DNA of 63,178 nucleotides, filler included, from Hausera hauseri (taxonomy: Eukaryota), in the NCBI GenBank assembly GCA_046269625.1. It is 12 parts of 12 records of this genome, joined end to end, with 100 filler letters (N's around TTAATTAATTAA, not from the genome) between each part and the next. Parts side by side here need not be neighbours in the genome. Positions count along the whole stretch, not along the records: positions 10,177 to 14,261 come from JBJURY010770871.1; positions 14,362 to 19,192 come from JBJURY010421253.1; positions 19,293 to 23,282 come from JBJURY010835970.1; 9 more parts are not named here. One strand, written 5' to 3'. Below the pieces are notes generated by a model that was not told the origin of the DNA, did not search any database, and was given only the letters and a program-made list of their open reading frames with translations. The position numbers were made by a program, and so were the translations under genes. This document shows positions 10,776 through 23,382 of this stretch, piece after piece; within the stretch, counting starts at the first letter, position 1, and every line of letters starts with the position of its first letter.

Positions 10776-11889
10776 CAAATTCAAGTGTACAATGGATAAA
10801 AATTGTTTTGAACTTTATCAAATGTACCATCTCCATAAATTTATCGGAAAGATGGAAATCCGATGGGGCTAAGTCAGGAGAATAAGAAAGATGTGGCAAA
10901 ACCTCTCAGCCAAGTGTTCAAATGGCTTCCTTTGTCATGATTGTGATGTGAGGGCGGGCGTTGTTACGCTGCAGAAGAACGCCATACTGCCGACCGGGTC
11001 GATTTTGTCAACATGACATTTTATTTTAAAGACCTAATAGACAAAAATAAACGAAGACAAAAAAGCAATCAGACTATCTTGTAGAGAAAAAATTTCTCTA
11101 TCGAATATCATAAAACTCTTAGCCAAAACATTTTATTTAAGTTAATAAACTTATGCAAGTTCGGTTCAACGTTCTCGTTAAACGAATGTATCCTTTTTTA
11201 AATACTTGCTTGATGATGAATGCAAATGTCCTGTTTTTAAACTCTTAGCTATATAATTTATACTTGATTTTACTTTCTCATGGTAAGTCAAATCGTTTTA
11301 AAGAAACGATGGGAAACTATAACAAAGTTTAAACACAATATATTCATAATAAATAATAAACATAACCTCCTTGGGTTTAGACCAATGTCAAATAACAAAC
11401 TTTCGGATTAGTGTCACTAGTAGTAGGAAAGGAGTGCATGAGATCAGACCCCCGGAAAGGAAAAAAGATGTGGTTCGCAAATGAGTCATGGGGTAGAAAA
11501 AATGATACACACATACACGGTTAATAGGGCGGAGATAGGAGACACAGTCATTAAGGGGATACACACAATCAGGCGTACTGTATGGACTCTAAGGGATTTA
11601 AAAATTGTATTTTCGCGCAAAAATTTTTTTTGTTTTAATTTTTGCAGATTGCTTTGGTTACATTCGCGAAGTTTTCCTAATGTGCGATAATTTGGTTGTA
11701 TGTAATGTGTTTAAATGTAACACAGTTCACAATGTAAAACTATAATTACAGAAAATATACTCATTTACTATGACTAATAAGACATCTAACAAAACAGTTA
11801 AGACATTTAAAAAATATTTATTGGAATAACACACAAAGTTGAAATATATACAAATCAAATGCAATAATATCCATAAGGGACACTTGCTT

Positions 11890-14261
11890 TTCGATATCCA
11901 ATGTCGCTTGTCATCAAATGAGTGCAAAGCTTTCTTTTTTTACTGATTGTCATTGGCTGATGGTTCTTGGCTCCAATTCGTTTTTGATCAACAATTGTCC
12001 CACATCCATTTTCGTATTCCTGTTGGTGAACCGTAGGTCTGTCTTTCAGGTTGATGCCCTTACATTTAAGGACGGGTCTGCTTTGGGTTTTAGGGGCATA
12101 CGATTTCGGCCGTCATAAAAATCGCTTCTTGATATTCAACATTACTCTTACTCTCGTCCTTAAATTTTCCTGACACGCGAAACGAGTTGAATAAAGAGAA
12201 TCTGTAGCGTCGTAGTTAGAAGTATCCAACTGTTAATTGCCTATCATTGCTGGTAATAGTTGAGACCGCAGATCAACTCCACAACATTTAAGGAAAAAGC
12301 TGTCAGTGTCACCAGCCACAATATTTAACTCACAATTAAACTGGTGCCGATACTTCTCCAACTCGATGTAATTCAGCTCATACATCCGCAACTTAGAAAG
12401 ATTAAGTACGGCCTGACCGATGTATGAGGGCCTATCTAAGGTGACCATATATTTATCGAGGAGAGCGGCAACTAGATCATCTGCGATTATAATGCTTTCC
12501 GTAAACTGCATCTTACTAGCATACGTAATAAGCTTTTTAGCATTACTACACAATCTTAAGTTGGACATTTTCAACAGATTTTTAACAGTTTTACCATACA
12601 GGCTATTATTCTTCAACTTAAAGAAGTCCTTTTCAAAAGCATTTTGCGCTGCAGCCCTCTTAACAGTATTTAAGTCAATATAATCCTTAAAGACATCCCT
12701 GATCCAACTCAACGGCTCGATGTACCTTTTCAACTACAACACCTAATTCGACGTACAGTGTAAGAGCCGATAATGAATAACAGTTGGACTTATGCTCATG
12801 TGTCAGCAACAATTTCTTAACTCTCGAACCAGGAGGACATTGATTAATTGCAGCTAAAGACAGCTGATCTAATTTATTGTTTGTCAGATGTAATGGATAA
12901 CTCGACTTCAGACGACACCTCGTTTTTCCCTAACAGTGCCAATGAAAGGCAATTGTTCAATCAGTTTATCTAGTTTATTTTCATCATAGATCGAAGTAAA
13001 ATTCGCAAATGGTAAAGGTTGCGATAAAGCCCAGCCGTATAAATTATTTACATCTATATACAAAAATCTGGTGCTTTCATTAGTGGTAACCCTATGCTTA
13101 TTTACAAATGTCATACCACCGCGAATACCTGATTGAAAGAAAGTATACATTTCAGGATTTTGAATGAGTTCAATTTTACAAGGGCTCAATTTCAGTGCTG
13201 TTGCTCAAGACAAACCGGGAATGGATCCGAAATTAGCCGCTTCTAAGCCATCCTGCAATTTTACTACTTTTCTAAATCTTTCAACAATATCACCTAACAA
13301 GTATACATGTAGTTTCATGTATATCATCATATAATTCAAAAGATTGTTACACCTATATTTTAACCAGGTAAGCTACGCCTCTTTCTAATCGCTTTCACTA
13401 ATTCCATCTCATTTTGATGGTAACTGAGAAATAGACTGCAAGTCGTAGAATGATTTGGCTGTAGTATATGGGAAATGCCTTTTCCTTTAATGATGTCAGA
13501 CGAGAAAGCCGTTTCAGTGAACGGATAACTGTCTAAGTTGGCAGCTAAAGTCTTAAGTGAAGCCGGTAAAAACTGCAAGGAGTCTAGAAATCAAATGGAA
13601 ACTGACTTTTTACCTGAACATCGTATCATTGCCTGCATAGTTAGGAATTTCTATGTTGTTTGTGGACTGACTCTTAATTCCCAACTATTAAATTTACTTA
13701 GTGCGTGTTTTAAAATATGAAGATCATACCTACGCAAATTGTGAAAAATAACCGGTAAGTTATACCTAATTTGTCGAACCAAATTACATTTACTGCAAGC
13801 AGGTCGTAAGAAGTTTCCTGTAACATGACAGTGATAACGAACAAATTCTTAACCATTTCCATGGCAAAGATAACATGCTGTGGCATTTTTAAACAAGTAC
13901 CATTCAGTAGATGTTAATGGGATCATAGTTTTTTTGCATTTTCATACCAAGGATAAACGACGGTTTTCACTATTTCCTCTAAACAAGCCAGGAGCTTAAC
14001 TGTGCAATTTTCACCAACAAACTGCCTATATTGAATATCTGAAGGTGACACTAATAAAAGATCGGCTGTAGCAGGCAAATGAATATGCTTAACCTTATCG
14101 TCAGGACACAGAACAGACTCAGTCAGCATATGTAACAAATGGAGGACATATTGATTTTACCCAGTCCTTAAACTCGCAAAAACTTGTTTTCAGGCATTTT
14201 GTACAGAGTAGTGCATTTGGATGCAGATATCCACATTGGTAAATGCTTCAAGTAAGCAATA
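11890..14261 (-). pseudogene. Polinton/Maverick protein-primed family B DNA polymerase with endonuclease VII-like Zn module, decayed
   Basis: CYLCH..CHVTG..ACSKCNL; VIFHNLRRYDLH; SGIRGGMTFVNK; YIDVNNLYGWALSQPLP; FFKLKNNSLYGKT; AGDTDSFF; SFDDKRHWI. Confidence 0.9.
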
Positions 14262-14361
14262 NNNNNNNNNNNNNNNNNNNNNNNNNNNNNNNNNNNNNNN
14301 NNNNNTTAATTAATTAANNNNNNNNNNNNNNNNNNNNNNNNNNNNNNNNNNNNNNNNNNNN

Positions 14362-17300
14362 TTTTCCGTTGTTTCTAATACCCAAACTCTATCTCCAGGA
14401 TTAATGTCGGTTTTTCCACTTTGCCATTTTTTTGTCCTCCAAGTAATCAATAACTCGTTTCTCCATCTTTTCCAATATTTATCACTTATTTACTGTACGT
14501 ATTGCCATCGTGCGGTTAGGCTGTTCTTCGTTGTACCTGTGAAATTTGAATTGATCTCGGAGTTGTAACCGGTTATAATGAAGTGTTTAGGTGTGAGAAT
14601 AATGTCGTCTTTACTGTCAGCTGACGGAACTGTAAGTGGTCTACTATTTATTATTCATTCAATCTCACATAATATAGTTAATAGTTCTTCATCGGTGACT
14701 CGAGCGTCTCCCAGGATTTTATTTAGTGCTCCTTTAACTGATTTTATTAGCGCCTCATAGGCTCCAACAAAGTGCAGTGCGCTTGGAGGGTTGAATATTT
14801 ATCGTATATGGTTTTGTTCCAGATTCAATTTTGCTGAATAGTTATCTGGTTGTATTTCATAAATCTCCTTGTTTGCTCCAACAAAATTTGTTCCGTTGTC
14901 TGATACAATTATTGATGGTTGTTCCCTTCTTGACATAAACCTTTTGAGGGCTCAGATGAATGAATCTGTATACAAACCTGAGGCTAACTCTAGATGTATT
15001 CCTCTACAAACAAGGCAAGTGAAAAGACAAAAAAACGTTTCTCTTGGACATTTCCTCTCCTTTGTTTGGTATTTATTGGTCCTGCAAAATCCACGCCTAT
15101 CTTATCGAAGGCTTTTAAAGGTAACTGAAGTTTAAACGTTGGTATGGGTGCCATTTTAACGTTCATCCCTCTAGCTCTGTCTCTCTGGCACGTTTTGCAA
15201 TAATTTTGATAGGATTTTACTAGTTTTCTCATTTTTCTGAACCAACATTTTTGAGACAATTCAGCCACCTGATGGTTTATCCCCGCAACATGTTTCAGCT
15301 TCAAATGTGTATCTTCTATTATCTTCTATTGGTGTCGTGATCAATCTACTGTTGGAATGTAAGATGCCTTCAGTATCTAAAATCGGGTCTGCCTTGTATA
15401 TTGGGCTTTTGTTATTTTTAGCCTTTTTTTCTTTAAGTAACTTTATTTCCACTTGGAATTCTCGCTCTTGGTCTGATTTTATAAGTTCTGTTTCGGCCTT
15501 GTTCAGAAGATATGACGGGTCTAACTCTATTGTGCTCAATCCTTCTTGTTGTATTAATTGCTCTACTTTCGAATCAATGCAACTCTGCCATCGAGATTTT
15601 TCATTCGTTACGGTAGTCTCATTCTCTTCATTACTCATTAAAAAACTTCTTAATTTTGGTTCTTAATTGTGACCGTTTTCCGACCATGTAAACAGACTAG
15701 TAGTTTATTTTCTTTTCTCTATATCGGTTTCCTTCAAAAATTCTTGGGGTTGTTCTGGCCAACTAACTTCAACTTCAACTCTGGTTCATGCCACCAACTA
15801 TGATTTTCCTTTATTTCCTGTATAGATTGGCCTCTTGACAATGCATCTGCTGGATTTTCACTTGTTTTCACACATTTCCACTGAACGTTTAAAGAGTGTT
15901 TCTGTATGTAAGCTACACGATTTGCTACGAATGTTTTATAGTGCTTACTGCAATTTTGGATCCAGTGTAATACATTTTTACTGTCAGTCCAAAGTGTAAC
16001 CCTTTCATTCTTCCCTTTCAGAGCTTTTATTAGTCTTTCTTTTAGTTTGACTCCCACACACGCCACTAATAATTCTAGTCTTGGTATCGCTATCGATTCC
16101 CCTGGAGTCACTTTTGCTTTAGCAGCTACTAATGCTGCCATATAGTTCCCGTTCTTTTTCCTCGTTCTGACATAACCCACCGCGCTGTAACCTAATCTTG
16201 AGGCGTCACAAAATATATGCAATTCCCAATTCTCATCTTTATCTAATATTAGGTGTCTTTCAATCTCTATTTCGTTCAACAAGTAGACCTGTTCCATCCA
16301 ACATTGTATTCTTTTCGTATACTCATCTAGTAGTCTTATCCCATCCATAATTTCCAATCCATAACTCCTGTATCATCATCTCTCCAGTTATAGTATAACA
16401 ACTTAAGAATCCCAACGGATCATATATCTTGGCTACCGCACTCAGTGACGTTCTCTTCGTAATTGTGTCTTCAATTATGATCCTTTTATCGAACGAGTAT
16501 TTGTCTTTCGCTACTTCCCACTTCATACCCAATGTCTTTGTGACAATCGTGGTTTTCTCCAATATATTGTATTCCTTCGATCTCTTCACATGTGGGATTT
16601 TAGCGACAAGGAGTTCTGAGTTGGTTGCCCATTTATATGGAACCATTTCCGCTCTATTTCATATCGTATTCAGTCCGTGATATAATTCTACTACTGCTTC
16701 TTCTGTAGGCACTGCATCTATGCAGTCATCCATATATGTTGAACACGTTATGGTTTCAACTGCTCTCTGATATGTCTATTTAAATCCTTCAGCGTTCAAT
16801 CTTGACACCAACTGCGCTAATAAAGGGGAACTGTTCAATCGAATACTAATCTATTGAATTCGTACGTAATTTCTTTATCATTTTTCTTCCATAAAAAAGT
16901 AAATATTTTTTGTCCGCTGAATCCACTGGTATTTGGAGGAACATATCGTGTATGTCGCAGATTAAAACTTACTTGTTGCGACGCATCCGGAGTAAAATAT
17001 CAACTACGTTAAGTTTTAATTTCGAACCGATTTTCAAGAAGTCATTTAAACATTTTCCTTTGTTCTTCGTTGCTGCGTCAAATACTATTCGACATTTTGT
17101 GGTGTCACGATCAAACTTAACTACAGGAAAATGTGGTAATAACCATCTTGTCTCTCTTTCCTCTTTTTCCGATATTTCTCTTATGTATGATTTTTCTTCG
17201 TACTTTTTAATGACTTTATTCTATTCCTCTATCACCCTAATTTCTTTATCCAATATCTTTATTAATAAATTTAATCTTCTCTTTGCCGTCCATGATGAGG

Positions 17301-19000
17301 CAAACCCACTGACATCTGGATGTTTCTCTTCCTTCCATGGTGACCTAACACAAAACCTTTCTTTTTCATATCTTATTCTGCTCGTCACTCTTTTTAATAA
17401 TTCAGCCTCTAAGCTATTTAACTCAGGCCTTTCCTGAAACTCCTGTTCTGTTTCCCATAGTCTGTTTCAATCTTCTTGTATTTCATCAGTTCTAGTCCAG
17501 AATGTTCTAACGAAATTGGTCCTTACTTTTTTCTTTTCATCCCCGATTATTTCAAACCACATCCATCCAAGTGGAGTTAATCTGGCCACCGGTTCGTTTG
17601 TCTTTCCTGCTATCTCTTTTATAGACCTATGTAGATGCATGTAGTTCGCACCTATTATTCCATTAACTGACTTCGGTGATTTTCGAGCAGCGAACTTTAT
17701 ATTTCTCAAATGTGGTCATTTGTTCTTCTCGATCTCTCAATTCACGGCCATCATTTTCCCAGTTGGATCATGGAGAACCAACGCTTCAAATGGGATGTTA
17801 ACCTTCCTGTTCTTACTTCGTAAGATCATTTTACCCGTTCCATTTTCGACCTTGTTGTCGCCCCACCTACTACCATAACAGATACACTTTCCTGACTACC
17901 AACTAATTTTAGCTGTTCTACAATAGAGCGTTTTACAAAACATTCTGTGCTCGCATCGTCCAATAACATGCATACCTTTACTTTTCGCTCTCCGTTTTCC
18001 AACCACACGTCTACAGTTCGCAAAGCTATTTTATTTCTTGTCGTTGTCTCTTCTGATCGTTGAATTACGTACGTGTTAACTCGTGCCCCAATATCGCCTC
18101 CTACGTCTCCCTCCTTGTTTATTCTTCCTTCTGTATGGAGTGTATAGAACGTTTTTTCTTGTTTTTTAAAATTATCCTTTTTTAACTCCAATTCATGAGT
18201 AAAGTGACATTTTTCTCCGTACCTACAATTTCCATTCAGATGGTATTTACATATTCGTGTTTCATTTTTCTTTTCTTTATTATGCAAGAATTTACAGTTA
18301 TTACCGAATTTACAAGTCCCATCTTTCTCAAATTCCCAACAAAGTCTTTTCTCGATCTTATCCGTTGTTTTAATGCTGTTACCTTTCTTTGTCTTGCATT
18401 GAATTTGGGTCTCGTTTTGATTAGATTGTCTATCTATGTAAAAGATCTTCCGTGCTTTTTTATTGTCTCCTGTTTCCGAATGATACGTTATTCTTGTCTA
18501 TAGAGGGGAAATAATTTTCAACTCTCGAACTATCGGTAGTTGCCGTTTGATCAAATTTACGTTCATGTACAAATCCTAACGGTGATCTATTCTTGAATGT
18601 ATTGAAAACGTTGATGCCTCTGATTCTTTCAATAGTGTTCCTTTGTATACTTGCTTCTGACTCCACCCAAGTTTTCATTTCTTCAACTGTCCAATTTAGC
18701 CTCTTTTCGGTGGCATATTTCTCCCATAACAATACTATAACCTCTGAGAGCTCCTCTGCAAGGCTTTGATACAATAGCCCTCCACAAAGCTCCTCTGTTC
18801 TCCCTAGATTCCTCAATCTTACAATTATTCCTTCTAACAATGCCACAAATTCGTATAGCCTTCTTATGTCTTTCTCGTCAATTGCCCGGAACCTCATGAC
18901 TTCAGTCATGAATGCCGTATAAGACCGCTGTTCACCACCGTAGTAAGAGTCCAGTTTTTCCATGGATGCCCTATACCCTTTAAATGTTCTATACATAATT
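14362..19000 (-). mobile_element. Decayed BEL/Pao LTR retrotransposon (gag, protease, RT, RNase H, integrase), truncated
   Basis: DUF1759-like Gag (KLDSYYGG..LYEFVALLE); protease LLDDASTECFV..PVARLTPLGW; RT WLLPHFPVVK..TTKCRIVFDAA..YMDDCID; KTLGMKW..KIYDPLGFL; RNase H LHIFCDAS..IPRLEL..WTDS..NPADALSRG; integrase GVDFAGP..IVSDNGTNFVGA..APHFVG. Confidence 0.93.
18195..18341 (-). other. Tandem CCCH zinc fingers in BEL Gag
   Basis: CWEFEKDGTCKFGNNCKFLH (C-x8-C-x5-C-x3-H) and CKYHLNGNCRYGEKCHFTH (C-x7-C-x5-C-x3-H), in frame with the protease. Confidence 0.88.
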
Positions 19001-19481
19001 GGTATAACAAATTACACATGTTTTTCTTAAAAGAACAACCAGCTTTCGTTCGACATGTTTTATTTGAGATCAGCATAAAATTTTATACATACTTTTCTTT
19101 AAAAAAAATGACTACATTATGTCCGATATGATCCCCCGGCGCGTTTTTCACCATCTTTTCCCTAGGCCCATGTGAATTTCCTTTCCGGACGTNNNNNNNN
19201 NNNNNNNNNNNNNNNNNNNNNNNNNNNNNNNNNNNNTTAATTAATTAANNNNNNNNNNNNNNNNNNNNNNNNNNNNNNNNNNNNNNNNNNNNTACTTATT
19301 ATACACCACTTTTTTCATGTGTTTATAATACACTTTATAATACTTTACTGCATGCAAAAATAAATACACTTTATAATACTTTACTTCATACAAAAACAAA
19401 TACACTAAATACGAAAAATAAGTACACAATACGAAAATACTAACTACTAAAAAATTTATTTCAAATAAAACTATATATAAT

Positions 19482-20800
19482 CTATTTATAATAATATTGA
19501 TATATTGTACAGTTCTGATAAAGTGAAGCACCAACACTCAAGGATTCTTTCTCGTCATCTTGAACACATCTATCTTCTGCCTCCACAGTGGCCTGTATAT
19601 GCTTCTCTGCAAATTTTTCCACTCCTCGAACATCCTTTTCTTCTACATACTCTGTCGTCTGCACCTCCACCTCTGCAACTTCAACAATATCATGCATCTC
19701 CTTCTCTGCCATATCAACAGTTACCTGCAATTCCATTTATGCAACTTCCGAGATATCCTGCACCTCCTTCTCTGCCATATCAACAGTTGCCTGCACTTCC
19801 ATCTCTGCAACTTCCACGATAGCTTCCACCTGCATTTCTGCCATGTTAACAGTTGCCTGCAACTGCTTCTCAACCAATTCTTTTGTTGTTCGAATATCAG
19901 ACTCGACTGAACCGGGTTTCTCTATTACATTACTTTCTTGCCTAATTCGCATAATCAACTTACCATGCTCAAACATTCTACTCTGCAAATGTTCGATTAA
20001 AATATTTCTTTCCTTGAGCTGCTTATTAGGCTCAGGCAACATCGCTTTTTATTTTATGATTTCATCACATTCTTCTGTTGGCTTAGGCCTCGTTTTAATT
20101 TCACAATGTTTGCTTAAATTTCTGTGAAATTTAGACTTATTTACATTATCCAGTTCTTCCGACACAATTTCTGCATCATTGTGCAACTTTAGACTCAGTC
20201 GACGTCATTTACGTACCTCGTATTCCTTATGACATTTACCTATTATTTTGTCTGTGATATCGCGTCTCTAATGTATGCAATTTGCCGTCTCAATTTCATT
20301 GGCTAACTGTGAGGCTCCCTTCTTCGTCATTCTCGGTTCGCCCCTTTCTTTTAAAATAACTTTTTGCACTTTCTTCTTCGCTGGTGCCATTAAACTGCGA
20401 TCTTCTATAATAAATTCGTCATCTGTATCTGACTGAGTTAACCGTATGTCTTCTGCAACTTGCCTTTTTATAGTGGATGAATCCATATCAACTGTTTGGT
20501 TTTCTAAAAGTAGTTTTAATTTACATAGATATTTCAATAATTCTTACTAATTAAATGTGCTGCGTCCACCAAATCCTGCGTCAAGCTTGATGTTGGGACA
20601 TATTTAGGAATATCTCTAGGAACAGTGGGATTGTAATCTGTTCCCTCTTTCCTTTGCTGCTCCAACGCAGCGACAATAATTTTTTGCTTTTCGCTATTTG
20701 AAAATACAGTTTTTGAAATTGTTAAAATAATGACAATCACTAGCTTGTATGTTTTGCCGTACTCCGTCTTTTCTAAGGACATCATAGTGAGTGTACGCAC
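19482..20800 (-). pseudogene. Unknown protein(s) ending in ~9 tandem 11-aa (33-bp) acidic repeats
   Basis: QATVNMAEMQV EAIVEVAEMEV QATVDMAEKEV QDISEVA*MEL QVTVDMAEKEM HDIVEVAEVEV QTTEYVEEKDV...; one in-frame stop at 19737. Confidence 0.55.
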
Positions 20801-20926
20801 ACATCGTTTTAAATGAGACTATATCAAAAAATAATAATGCACACATACATGAATATATTTTTATCTCTTAATAAAACTATAAATCACATACGAATATAAT
20901 ATTATCGTTATAATATTGTCTTTATA

Positions 20927-23043
20927 ATATTGTCCCCTGGTATGAAAGTGTCAAAAAGCCAATGATACTGTTAACATCAGCTGAATGGTTTCAGTTTAAA
21001 AACGCCACGTCATGTTACCTTTGCCACGAACATGGCACTACATTTGTTCGAGATCACTGCCATGTTAAAGGTAAATACTTAGGCCCAGCTTGTAATAAGT
21101 GTAACTTGGCTCGTAAGATAAGGTATAATTTGCCTGTTATTTTTCATAATTTGCGTGGATATGATCTTTATCATATTTTAAAACACGCACTAAGTAAATT
21201 TGCTACTTGGAATTTTATTGTTATTCCTCAAACAACAGAGAAAATTTTAACAGTGCAGGCAAATATACAGCGTTCATACAAAAAGTCGGTATCTATTCGA
21301 TTTCTCGACTGGTTGCAGTTTTTACCGGCTTCACTTAAGACTTTGACTTCCAACTTAGACAGTTACCCATTTAGTGAGTCGGCTTTTCTTTCGGATATTA
21401 TTAGGGGGAAAGGTATTTTTCCATATACTGCAACCAAATGTTTCAGTGACTTGCAGTGTATTAAGGAGTTGCCACCAAAATGGAATGATGTTAGTGATAC
21501 GGATTATGCGGCAGCACAACTGGTTTGGTCTAAATACAGTGGTAGCTGTCTTTTAGATTATATGTTGGTATATAGGAAGCTCGACGTATATTTGTTAGGC
21601 GATATTTTTGAGCCGTTTAGAAAAGAAGTTAAGTTGCAGGATGGATTAAACGCTACTATCTTTGTCTCAATTCCAGGATTAAGTTGGGCAACAGCACTGA
21701 AATCAAGTCCTTTTAAGATTGAGCTCATTCAAACTGATATGTATCAGTTCTTTCAATCGGGTATTCGTGGAGGTATGACTTTTGTAAATAAGCATAGGAT
21801 TGTCTCCGATGAAAGCACCACTCTAGTGTATATAGACGTAAATAATTTATACACCTGGGCTTTTTCACAACCATTGCCTTTTGCGAATTTAAGTTGGATT
21901 TATGATGAGGACATAATAAATCAATTTATTGAACAATTACAATACATTGACTGTGTCACAGAAAAACGGGGTTTAGTATTTGAAGTTGATTTGAACATTC
22001 TGGCTGACAAACATGATAAGTTGGACCAACTGCCTTTAGCCACAATCAACCAATGTCCTCCTGGTTCTAAAGTTAAGAAATTGTTGCTGACACATGAGCG
22101 TAAATCAAACTACGTTTACTATCGGCTCTTACAGCTGTAAATGGCGTTAGGCGCTGTAGTTGAGAAGGTACATCGGGCCGTTGAGTTTTATCAGGGATGT
22201 CTTTAATCATGATATCGATCTAAATATTGCTAAAATGGCTGCAGCAAATATTCCTTTTGAGAAGCACTTTTTAAGCTTAAAAACAACAGCTTAAACGGCA
22301 AAATAGTCGAAAATTTGCTTAATAGGTCAAACCTGAGAATGTGTAATAATGCTAAAAAGCTAGTTACATATGCTGGTAATGCCCAGTTTAAAGAGAGCAT
22401 TGTAATAGCCGGCGATGTGGTTGCCGTTCTTCTAGATAAAGACATGGATACATTAGATAGGCCCTCATACATCGGTCAGCCCGTACTTCATATATGCAAG
22501 TTACGGATGTATGAGCTGAATTATATCGACTTGGAGACATATGCACCAGTTTAATTGCGAGTTAAATATTGTTGCTGGTGACACAGACCGTTTCTTCATA
22601 GAATGTCGTGGTGTGGACTTAAAATCACAACTGTTACCGGCAATGATAGCAAATGAGCAGTTAGATACGTCAAACTATGACAAAAGGGATCCACTGTACT
22701 CGACTCGTTTCGCAGCTGTAATTGGCAAATTTAAAGATGACAGCAATGGCTGCGTTCAGTATTAGGATGCGATTTTCCTACGGCCGCAGTCATACGCCCT
22801 TGAAAATCAAACCAAACCGGTCCTTAAATGCAAAAGCATCAACCTGAAGCAGACAGACCTATAGTTTGACAGCTACCGACAGGCTTATGAATCCGGTTGC
22901 AGCACCATGGTAGACTGGGAGCGAATTGGCAGTAAAAACTATCAGCTGATAACAATCAGTTTAAAAAAGAAAGCGCTGGACCCGTTTGACGACAAACGCT
23001 ACTGGATTGATGAAAACCGGAATATTGCATACGGAGATTATTA
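20927..23043 (+). pseudogene. Second Polinton-type pPolB copy, 5'-truncated, same family as 11890-14261
   Basis: CYLCHEH..RDHCHVKG..GPACNKCNL; FHNLRGYD; SGIRGG; YIDVNNLY; FKLKNNSLNGK; AGDTD; IGKFKDD; PFDDKR. Confidence 0.92.
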
Positions 23044-23106
23044 ATATGTATATATTTTTGTATATCAATAAAAGTTTTAAATCTCTTATTTTGGCTTCGT
23101 TCTTGG

Positions 23107-23280
23107 GGGTGGGAATAGTGAAACCACGATCAGATCACTTTGTTTAAAATTTAAATAAAAATTTTTTGGCGTAAACCGTCCTATCATATTACACCACGTG
23201 GGGTGGAATAGTGAAACCGCGATCAGACCACTTTGTTCTCGGAGTAGGAATATTGAAACAACGACCAGATCAGCTTTGTT
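23107..23280 (+). repeat. Three ~38-bp direct repeats downstream of pPolB (possible Polinton subterminal repeats)
   Basis: gggtgggaatagtgaaaccacgatcagatcactttgtt at 23107, with variants at 23201 and 23241. Confidence 0.7.
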
Positions 23281-23382
23281 TTNNNNNNNNNNNNNNNNNN
23301 NNNNNNNNNNNNNNNNNNNNNNNNNNTTAATTAATTAANNNNNNNNNNNNNNNNNNNNNNNNNNNNNNNNNNNNNNNNNNNN

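Noticed and set aside
5735-19192. Linking the env polyprotein to the BEL element or to the Polintons
   Set aside because: They are on separate contigs; no physical linkage is visible
19505-20127. Three plus-strand ORFs over the 33-bp repeat
   Set aside because: Antisense shadows of the repeat region
23107-23280. Direct repeats as a CRISPR array
   Set aside because: Degenerate repeats, irregular or absent spacers, eukaryotic context, no cas genes
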